64,000 bases of DNA from an uncultured Christensenella sp. (GTDB lineage Bacteria; Bacillota; Clostridia; Christensenellales; UBA1750): contig CAOKIU010000005.1 in assembly GCA_948468595.1 (NCBI GenBank), forward strand, positions 1,730-65,729. The letters are read 5' to 3'. The notes beneath the pieces were generated by a model. That model ran no database searches. It saw only the letters and a program-made list of their open reading frames with translations, and was not told the origin of the DNA. This document shows, in pieces, positions 57,255-64,000 of the stretch (its first letter is position 1; each line of letters begins with the position of its first letter). The position numbers and the translations under genes are program-made.

Positions 57255-57473
57255 CTACCCCACAATCGTGCAGTCCGGCTCGATTCTCTTAATCGCCGCG
57301 GCCGCCTTTTTCATTATCCCTTCCAGCGCCTCCTCGGCGCATTCAATGGTCATCTTCTGCGTCAAAAAGTTCACCCGGCAGCTCTCCACCCCGTCGATCC
57401 TGCGGATGGCGTCTTCCATCTTGGCGGCGCAATTGGCGCAGTCCAGCTCCTCCAGCCTGTAGGTCTTTCTCAT
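57255..57473 (-). CDS. stand-alone heavy-metal-associated (HMA) domain protein
   Basis: LDCANCAAKME metal-binding CxxC. Its stop lies 3 nt before the ATPase start. Confidence 0.85.
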   Translation of the reverse strand: MRKTYRLEELDCANCAAKMEDAIRRIDGVESCRVNFLTQKMTIECAEEALEGIMKKAAAAIKRIEPDCTIVG

Positions 57474-57490
57474 GGTTTCGATCTCCTTTC

Positions 57491-57543
57491 ATATGAGCAT
57501 CTGTTCATATGTTTATTATATGCGTCTTTCGCCAGTTTGTCAA
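57491..57543 (-). promoter_or_regulatory. consensus promoter TTGACA-17 nt-TATAAT with a downstream ArsR/SmtB-type operator-like inverted repeat
   Basis: Minus-strand TTGACA at 57543-57538 and TATAAT at 57520-57515. ATATGAACAGATGCTCATAT lies at 57510-57491. Confidence 0.65.
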
Positions 57544-57659
57544 CAGAAAAAGAAAACTTTATCAAAAGGCGCTTACCGGCATTGGCGTCGTGGCACGAGA
57601 ATTTTTCTGCCGCAGGGGAATCATTATGAAGAAATTAACAATAAGGTTCGGAAATTCTC

Positions 57660-57689
57660 TTGCCTTTTTGCGGCTGATTCCACTATAAT
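57660..57689 (+). promoter_or_regulatory. promoter TTGCCT-18 nt-TATAAT for glyA
   Basis: Hexamers at 57660-57665 and 57684-57689. Confidence 0.5.
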
Positions 57690-57731
57690 GGAGGAAAGTG
57701 AACCGTATTTTACACGATGGAGGGAAACATC

Positions 57732-58976
57732 ATGCTGGATTTAAAGCTGGTTGCGTCGGTTGACGCGGAGGTTGCTCAGGCGATGGAGCAGGAGCTCTCG
57801 CGCCAGCGCGACCATATTGAACTGATCGCCTCGGAAAACTTCGTCTCTCCGGCGGTGATGGCGGCCATGGGCAGCCACCTGACCAATAAGTATGCCGAGG
57901 GCTATCCTGGAAAGCGTTACTACGGCGGATGCCAGTATGTCGATATTGTGGAGAACCTGGCGCGCGAGCGCGCGTGCGCGCTCTTTGGCGCGGAGCATGC
58001 CAACGTGCAGCCCCACTCCGGCGCGCAGGCGAACCTGGCGGTGTATTTCGGCCTGCTGAACGTGGGGGACACGATTTTGGGCATGAACCTCTCCCACGGC
58101 GGGCACCTGACCCACGGCTCGCCCGTGAACATGTCGGGCAAGTACTTCAACATCGTGCCCTACGGCGTCAGCGACAAGGATGAGCGCATCGATTACGACG
58201 AGGTGCGCCGCCTGGCCCTGGAATGCAAGCCCAAGCTGCTGCTGGCGGGCGCCTCCGCCTATCCCCGGACGATCGATTTTGAGCGCCTGAGCGCCATTGC
58301 CAAGGAAGTGGGCTGCCTGTTCATGGTGGACATGGCGCACATTGCCGGCCTGGTGGCGGCGGGCCTGCACCCCAGCCCCGTCCCCTATGCCGACGTTGTG
58401 ACCACCACCACCCACAAGACGCTGCGCGGCCCGCGCGGCGGCATGATCCTTTGCAAGAAGGAATACGCCAAGAAGATTGACAGCGCCATCTTCCCCGGCA
58501 CGCAGGGCGGCCCGCTGGAGCACGTCATCGCGGCCAAGGCGGTGTGCCTGAAGGAGGCCATGACCGACGAGTTCAAGGCCTATCAGCGCCAGATCGTGCT
58601 AAACGCCGCCGCCATGGCCCAGGAGCTGACGCGCCAGGGCCTGCGCCTGGTCTCGGGCGGAACGGACAACCACCTGATGCTGGTGGATCTCTCCGCGCTG
58701 GACGTCACGGGCAAGGATCTGGAAAAGCGCTTGGACAAGGCGCACATCACCGTAAATAAGAACACCATTCCCTTTGAAACCAAGTCCCCCTTCATCACCA
58801 GCGGCATCCGCGTGGGCACGCCCGCGGCGACCTCCCGCGGCATGAAGGAGCCGGAGATGGTGCTCATCGCCCAGTGGATTGCCAAGCTGGCCAAGGAGGG
58901 CGACGACGCCATTGAGGAAGTCAAGCAGGGCGTGCTCGACCTGTGCAAGCGCTTCCCGCTCTATCCCGAGGTGTAA
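57732..58976 (+). CDS. glyA: serine hydroxymethyltransferase
   Basis: Start MLDLKLV follows [14 protein letters not shown] and [14 protein letters not shown] (PLP-Lys). Confidence 0.95.
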   Translation: MLDLKLVASVDAEVAQAMEQELSRQRDHIELIASENFVSPAVMAAMGSHLTNKYAEGYPGKRYYGGCQYVDIVENLARERACALFGAEHANVQPHSGAQANLAVYFGLLNVGDTILGMNLSHGGHLTHGSPVNMSGKYFNIVPYGVSDKDERIDYDEVRRLALECKPKLLLAGASAYPRTIDFERLSAIAKEVGCLFMVDMAHIAGLVAAGLHPSPVPYADVVTTTTHKTLRGPRGGMILCKKEYAKKIDSAIFPGTQGGPLEHVIAAKAVCLKEAMTDEFKAYQRQIVLNAAAMAQELTRQGLRLVSGGTDNHLMLVDLSALDVTGKDLEKRLDKAHITVNKNTIPFETKSPFITSGIRVGTPAATSRGMKEPEMVLIAQWIAKLAKEGDDAIEEVKQGVLDLCKRFPLYPEV

Positions 58977-58998
58977 TCTCTCCCCTTCATACAAAAAA

Positions 58999-59030
58999 AG
59001 CGCGCGGCAATGCCGCGCGCTTTCGGCTTT
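58999..59030 (+). terminator. rho-independent terminator (bidirectional shape)
   Basis: AGCGCGCGGC-AAT-GCCGCGCGCT, with an A-run before and T-rich sequence after. Confidence 0.75.
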
Positions 59031-59060
59031 TTCCTGCCGGCGGAAGAGCGCCGGGGCGCC

Positions 59061-59945
59061 TTAGTTCATTTCCTTCACCGGCCGCATCTCGATGTAGCCG
59101 CGGTATCCCATGGGCGCGAGCTGTATGCGCGGCGCGGCCTCCGGGTCGAAGACGTAGCCCACGCCCTGGGGGTTGTAGCGCTGGATGGCGTCCCACATGC
59201 CGCCGCAGGCCGCCTCCCGCTCCTCTTCCTCGTAGGCGGGACCCTGGAACAGCATCATGCGGCAGGGCGCAAGCGCGATCAGCTCCATGTTTTCGGGAAC
59301 CGGGCCCGCGTAATCCTCCGGCACCTCCACGCCCGCGACGTAGACCGACGTGCCCGCCTTGACCATGCCCTTGGGCAGCCACATGCCGCAGGGCTCGTGG
59401 ATGGCCGCCTCGATGCCCGCCAGCTCGTCCCAAACCGCACAGCCCACTTCCCGGCAGTAGGCAAAGTACTCCTCCGCCGCCTTGCCCCGCCGAATCAGCG
59501 CCTTGCGCGCGGGCCGGTCCACAATTTGAATAAAGATGGGCAGTGTTTTCATCTGATCCTCTCCTTTCTCTTCCCGCTGCTCCGTCACGCGCCGCGGCTG
59601 GAACAGCGTGAGCGCGGGCGCGAGCCGCCGGTATGCCGAGGGGGTGATGCCGAACTGCCTTGCAAAGGCGCGGGTGAACCCCTCGTGCGAGCCAAAGTCA
59701 AAGTCCAACGCCACGCTGAGCACCGTCTTGCGCGCGTCCTTGAGCATCACGGCCGCGCGGGACAGCCGCAGCCGGCGGATGTAGGCAAAGGGCGTGCACC
59801 CCGTCGCCCGCTCGAACAGCCGAAGACAATGCGCCGGCGAATACCCCGCGCATCTGGCCAGCGACTGCAAGGTGATGGAGGACCCCAGGTTCTCCTCGAT
59901 ATACGCCTGCATGCGGGCCACCGCGTCCAGCGCCTCCTTGTCCAT
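59061..59945 (-). CDS. AraC-family regulator with a GyrI-like effector domain
   Basis: Start MDKEALDAV follows GGAGGGAGGAG. HTH motifs SLARCAGYSPAHCLRLF and GFTRAFARQFGITP. Confidence 0.85.
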   Translation of the reverse strand: MDKEALDAVARMQAYIEENLGSSITLQSLARCAGYSPAHCLRLFERATGCTPFAYIRRLRLSRAAVMLKDARKTVLSVALDFDFGSHEGFTRAFARQFGITPSAYRRLAPALTLFQPRRVTEQREEKGEDQMKTLPIFIQIVDRPARKALIRRGKAAEEYFAYCREVGCAVWDELAGIEAAIHEPCGMWLPKGMVKAGTSVYVAGVEVPEDYAGPVPENMELIALAPCRMMLFQGPAYEEEEREAACGGMWDAIQRYNPQGVGYVFDPEAAPRIQLAPMGYRGYIEMRPVKEMN

Positions 59946-60077
59946 CTCCTCCCTCCTTATCCGTTGCTGTCTTGAGCATACCACATCCGCCGCCCTCCCG
60001 CTTGACCTTGGTTGCGCAGATCTCCCGCGGCCTCCGCCGCCGCGCAATAATTCTTATAAATTTAATCGGATTGGTGA

Positions 60078-60143
60078 TTGACAGCGGCGCTGCGCGGTGA
60101 TACTATAGTCAAGGATAAAGCCGACTAGTTTTGTCGGGAATAA
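60078..60143 (+). promoter_or_regulatory. promoter TTGACA-17 nt-TACTAT plus an IscR type-1-like operator
   Basis: Hexamers at 60078-60083 and 60101-60106. ATAAAGCCGACTAGTTTTGTCGGGAATAA at 60115-60143 resembles the ATAxxxGACxAxTTTxxTCGGGAAT pattern. Confidence 0.55.
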
Positions 60144-60169
60144 AGAGGACCTCAAAGGCGGTGGGAAAG

Positions 60170-60604
60170 ATGAAGCTATCGACAAAGGGGCGCTACGGCG
60201 TCCGCGCGATGTACGACCTGGCGCTCTACTACGGTCAGGCGCCGCAGTCGGTCAAATGCATCGCGGAGCGGCAGGGCATTCCCGAAGCCTATTTGGAACA
60301 GCTCATCGCGCCGCTGCGCAAGGCGGGGCTGGTGATCTCCATTCGGGGGGCGCAGGGCGGCTATACCCTTGCCGGCGCGCCGGAGGAGATCTCCGTAGGC
60401 GCGATTCTGCGCGCGGTGGAGGGGCCGCTGGCCACCACCGCCTGCATCACCGAGGAGTGCGAGCATTCCGAAGGCTGCGCCATGCACGCGCTGTGGGAGC
60501 GCATCCACAAGGGCGTCAACGACCTGATGGACAGCATCTCCCTAAAAGACATGCTCGACGACGTGAGCAGGACCTGCGGCCAGAACCGCTGCTCCTGCCA
60601 CTGA
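60170..60604 (+). CDS. iscR: Rrf2-family regulator, IscR-like (three-Cys cluster)
   Basis: MKLSTKGRYGVRAMYDLA; Cys ligands in CITEECEHSEGC. Confidence 0.85.
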   Translation: MKLSTKGRYGVRAMYDLALYYGQAPQSVKCIAERQGIPEAYLEQLIAPLRKAGLVISIRGAQGGYTLAGAPEEISVGAILRAVEGPLATTACITEECEHSEGCAMHALWERIHKGVNDLMDSISLKDMLDDVSRTCGQNRCSCH

Positions 60605-60660
60605 GAATAAGAGAGAAAGAGAATTGCATCGATTGCCAGAAGGCTTGGAGGATGAACCCC

Positions 60661-61830
60661 ATGGAAAGGATTTATTTGGATAACGCGGCGACCACCCGCG
60701 TGCGGCCCGAGGTGGCCGCGGAAGTTCTGCCCATCATGACGGAGATTTACGGCAATGCGTCCAGCGTGCACGCCTTTGGGCGGGAGGCGAAAAAGGCGCT
60801 GGAAAAGGCGCGCGGACAGGTGGCGGCGGCCATCGGCGCCAAGAAGGAAGAGATCTACTTCACCGCCGGCGGCTCCGAGGCCGACAACTGGGCCATCAAG
60901 GGCGCGGCGCACCAGCTGCGCAAAAAGGGAAACCACATCATCACCACCGCCATCGAGCACCACGCGGTGCTGCACACCTGCCAGTCCCTGGAAAAGGAGG
61001 GCTTTGCCGTCACCTACCTGCCGGTGGATGAATACGGCCTGGTCACCGCCAGCCAGGTGGAGGAGGCCATCACGCCCGAGACCATCCTGGTTTCCGTGAT
61101 GATGGCCAACAACGAGATTGGCACCATCGAGCCCATCGCGGAGATCGGCGCGGTCTGCAAGAAGCACAAGGTGCTCTTCCACACCGACGCGGTGCAGGCC
61201 ATCGGCCATGTGCCCGTGGATGTAAACGCGATGAACATCGACCTGCTCTCCATGTCCGGCCACAAGTTCTACGCGCCCAAGGGCGTGGGTGCGTTGTACA
61301 TCCGCACGGGCGTTAGACTGACCAACCTCATCGACGGCGGCGCGCAGGAGCGCATGCGCCGCGCCGGCACGGAGAACCTGCCCGCGGTGGTGGGCATGGG
61401 CAAGGCGATCGAGCTGATCTGCGCCGAGATGGAGGAGAGCAACCAGCGCCTGACCGCCATGCGCGACCACCTGATCCAGGGGATTCTGGACGCCATCCCC
61501 GAAACGCGCCTAAACGGCCATCCCACGCGCCGGCTGCCCGGCAACGTCAACATCTCCATCCGCTATATTGAGGGCGAGGCGCTGCTGCTCTCGCTGGATA
61601 TGGCGGGCATCGCCGGGTCCTCAGGCTCGGCCTGCACCTCCGGGTCGTTGGACCCGTCCCACGTGCTGCTGGCCATTGGCCTGCCCCACGAAATCGCGCA
61701 CGGCTCCCTGCGGCTGACCATCGGCCATGACAACACCATGGAGGAGATGGACAAGGTGCTCGCCGAGCTGCCCAAGATTGTGGACCGCCTGCGCGCCATG
61801 TCCCCGCTGTATGCCGACCGCGAGCGTTAA
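60661..61830 (+). CDS. nifS: cysteine desulfurase NifS
   Basis: Start MERIYLDNAATT. SGHKFYAPKGVG (PLP-Lys) and GSACTSG (catalytic Cys). Confidence 0.95.
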   Translation: MERIYLDNAATTRVRPEVAAEVLPIMTEIYGNASSVHAFGREAKKALEKARGQVAAAIGAKKEEIYFTAGGSEADNWAIKGAAHQLRKKGNHIITTAIEHHAVLHTCQSLEKEGFAVTYLPVDEYGLVTASQVEEAITPETILVSVMMANNEIGTIEPIAEIGAVCKKHKVLFHTDAVQAIGHVPVDVNAMNIDLLSMSGHKFYAPKGVGALYIRTGVRLTNLIDGGAQERMRRAGTENLPAVVGMGKAIELICAEMEESNQRLTAMRDHLIQGILDAIPETRLNGHPTRRLPGNVNISIRYIEGEALLLSLDMAGIAGSSGSACTSGSLDPSHVLLAIGLPHEIAHGSLRLTIGHDNTMEEMDKVLAELPKIVDRLRAMSPLYADRER

Positions 61831-61859
61831 AGACATTTTGCGATAAGGAGAGCAAAACG

Positions 61860-62291
61860 ATGTACTCTGAAAAAGTGATGGACCATTTTACCAATCCCCG
61901 CAACGTGGGGGAGATCGAAAACGCCTCGGGCGTGGGCACGGTGGGCAACGCCAAGTGCGGCGACATCATGCGCATGTTTTTGCAGATTGAGGACGGCGTG
62001 ATCACGGATGTGAAGTTCAAGACCTTTGGCTGCGGCGCGGCGATTGCCACCAGCTCCATGGCCACGGAGATGGTCAAGGGCAAGAGCATCGAGGAGGCGC
62101 TCAAGCTCACCAACAAGGCCGTTGCCGAGGCGCTGGACGGCCTGCCGCCGGTGAAGATGCACTGTTCGCTGCTTGCCGAGCAGGCGCTCAAGGAGGCGCT
62201 GGAGGACTACTTTAAGAAGAACAACCTCCCGCTGCCCGATGGCTTTACAAAGCCCGACGCCGAGCACGAGGATATTCCGCAGGAAAACTGA
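61860..62291 (+). CDS. nifU: Fe-S cluster scaffold NifU/IscU
   Basis: GNAKCGD, FKTFGCGAAIA and HCSLLA. Confidence 0.95.
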   Translation: MYSEKVMDHFTNPRNVGEIENASGVGTVGNAKCGDIMRMFLQIEDGVITDVKFKTFGCGAAIATSSMATEMVKGKSIEEALKLTNKAVAEALDGLPPVKMHCSLLAEQALKEALEDYFKKNNLPLPDGFTKPDAEHEDIPQEN

Positions 62292-62400
62292 TTCCTTGTA
62301 AAAATTTGCAGTTGCCCCATGGTCTGCCAGTATGCTTTGGCGGATCGTGGGGCAATTTATTTGCAGTGAATCACGTTTTCGGATGAAAGGATGTGCACGC

Positions 62401-62880
62401 ATGTTACGCATGTCCAAGATCATTGGCCTAACGTCGGTCCTGCATGGAACAGGCCGGCGCATGGGGCTGGTGGAGCGGGTCTGTCTGAGCGCCGACGGGC
62501 AGGACGCCGCTGGGCTGGTTCTTCGTCTCTATGGTCTGACGAGAGGAAAGCGCTTTGTCCCGTTTGGACGCATTGCCTTATGGGGTGAGGTCACGGTTGC
62601 GGTTACCGGGATGGAAAAAGTCCCCGGCCGCCTGAAAAAGCAGGAGGATCTCCTGGGCCTTAGTGTGCTGGACACGTCGGGCGAGCGTCTGGGCTGGGTT
62701 ACCGATGCGCTCATAGAGGAAGAGACCGGCAGGGTTGCCGCGCTGGAGGTGTCCCAAGGCATTGTGGACGACTTCACGCGGGGCCGCATCCGGGTGCGCG
62801 ACTTCACCATGCGGCCCGGCGGCGTGGTGGCCGTGACGGAGGACGCCGGAGGGCACACGATGCCCCCGGCGGAATCCTGA
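62401..62880 (+). CDS. PRC-barrel domain protein (two tandem PRC-like halves)
   Basis: Start MLRMSKIIGL. LSVLDTSGERLGWVTDALIEEETGRVAALEVS is PRC-barrel-like. Confidence 0.6.
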   Translation: MLRMSKIIGLTSVLHGTGRRMGLVERVCLSADGQDAAGLVLRLYGLTRGKRFVPFGRIALWGEVTVAVTGMEKVPGRLKKQEDLLGLSVLDTSGERLGWVTDALIEEETGRVAALEVSQGIVDDFTRGRIRVRDFTMRPGGVVAVTEDAGGHTMPPAES

Positions 62881-62913
62881 TGGGTGATACAAGGCAGAAG
62901 GAGGCGGAAAGGG

Positions 62914-63090
62914 ATGTTTCTATTGAGAAAATCGTATCTGGGCGTGGGCATGTTCATGGGCATGGTGGCCGGCGCGGCGGCCGTGACCGCGGCGGTGCTC
63001 TCCTGCCCGCAGGGCCGGTGCATGGCCAGGCGCGCCGTCAAGCGCGGCAAGCGCGTCATGCAGCACATGAAGCCCATGCTGGACAGGTAA
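62914..63090 (+). CDS. 58-aa small membrane protein
   Basis: AAGGAGG lies 9 nt before the ATG. One TM segment (GVGMFMGMVAGAAAVTAAVL) and a basic tail. Confidence 0.5.
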   Translation: MFLLRKSYLGVGMFMGMVAGAAAVTAAVLSCPQGRCMARRAVKRGKRVMQHMKPMLDR

Positions 63091-63117
63091 TCGTTTCGTT
63101 GCGTAAGGAAACCATGA

Positions 63118-64000
63118 ATGGAAAAGAAATGGAAAAAAGCGATTGGGTGGCTGATCGGGCTTGCGCTCCTCGTGCTTCTGAGAAGGACGTTGGGGCGCAT
63201 TGCCCTACTCTTGCTTGTTTCGGCAACGCTGGCCTATTTGCTCTACCCCTTGGCGCGGTTTTACCACCAGAAGGTCCACTTGAAGGAGGGCCTATCCACT
63301 GTCATGGCCTTTGTCTCGGTCGCTCTTGCGCTGAGTGTGTTCGCGCTCTTTGGCGTGCCGGCGCTCTACCGCCAAATCCTATCCCTGGGGCAGAGCATGC
63401 CGCAGCTGGTGGAGTCCTTCAGCGATCTCGTGGTGCGCTTGACGGTCGCCCTTGACGACCTCGGCCTGCCCGAGGAGGCCATTGCCGCCGTCCAGGGCCA
63501 GTCGGGAAAGCTGCTCACCCTGGGCGCGCAGTTCCTGCTGAGCCGGCTGATGATGGTGGTGGGCGGCGTGAGCAACCTTGGGTACCTCATCTTTGCGCCC
63601 GTACTCTCCTTTTACATGCTGCGCGATAAGCGCAGGCTGTTTTCCTATCTGACGCGGCTCATCCCCAGCCGCGTGCGCAAGCCGGTGCTGCGGGTGGGGC
63701 TATCCGTCCGCGACGCCATTGGCGCCTATGTCCACGGCCAGCTCACCGTCTCCATGATCACCGGCGCGCTGACCGGCCTTGGCCTGCTTTTGATCGGCCT
63801 GCCCTCCTGGATGGCCATGGGCGTTGTGATGATGGCCTGCAACCTCATCCCCTATTTCGGCCCGTGGCTGGGCGCCATTCCCATTGTGATTTTCTCCGTC
63901 TCCTACGGCTTCCCCATGGTGCTGGGGGGCGTTATTGTGGTGCTGGTGGCCCAGCAGATCGAGGGCCTTGTGGTCTCTCCCCGCGTCATTGGGGACATGG
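63118..64000 (+). CDS. AI-2E family transporter (PerM/UPF0118), 5' part; continues past the window end
   Basis: Absent from the track because it runs off the edge. MEKKWKKAIGWLIGLALLVLL...NLIPYFGPWLGAIP...AQQIEGLVVSPRVIGD. Confidence 0.85.
   Translation, partial: MEKKWKKAIGWLIGLALLVLLRRTLGRIALLLLVSATLAYLLYPLARFYHQKVHLKEGLSTVMAFVSVALALSVFALFGVPALYRQILSLGQSMPQLVESFSDLVVRLTVALDDLGLPEEAIAAVQGQSGKLLTLGAQFLLSRLMMVVGGVSNLGYLIFAPVLSFYMLRDKRRLFSYLTRLIPSRVRKPVLRVGLSVRDAIGAYVHGQLTVSMITGALTGLGLLLIGLPSWMAMGVVMMACNLIPYFGPWLGAIPIVIFSVSYGFPMVLGGVIVVLVAQQIEGLVVSPRVIGDM

Overview
High-GC (roughly 60-65% by eye) Firmicutes/Clostridia-type chromosome segment. The lineage call rests on GGAGG Shine-Dalgarno sites, a T-box leader, Rex, an agr locus and Hdr/Flx-type anaerobic redox genes; the family cannot be named without a database search. 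There are about 60 genes, mostly on the minus strand. Blocks: (i) 1-8.4 kb holds small regulators and housekeeping genes separated by two large GC-rich tandem-repeat arrays, one clearly derived from the 3' end of the adjacent CDS. (ii) 8.4-20.9 kb is one long minus-strand redox operon: rex-mdh-fumC-hdrBCA-mvhD/flx-like-frdBA-like. (iii) 21.4-24.4 kb is a prolidase followed by a 1.75-kb higher-order tandem array. (iv) 25.7-37.7 kb is a T-box-controlled GNAT plus an 11-kb peptide uptake/degradation operon. (v) 40.7-43.0 kb is an agr-type quorum-sensing locus with a 40-aa Ser-type AgrD. (vi) 43.96-48.41 kb is a sharply AT-rich, partly decayed island. It carries a PqqD-like/HPr-kinase-like pair, an IS3 scar, a truncated S26-like peptidase, and an apparently intact three-gene, order-permuted split of a PEP-synthase/PPDK-type phosphotransferase. 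This split phosphotransferase is my best candidate for an undescribed system. (vii) 48.4-64 kb holds a parA pseudogene, rlmD, apbE/NusG-II/Gx genes, transporters, amidase, copZ-cadA, glyA, an AraC regulator, iscR-nifS-nifU and an AI-2E transporter. I saw no rRNA, tRNA or CRISPR array. All homology statements are from motif recognition by eye, not from searches.
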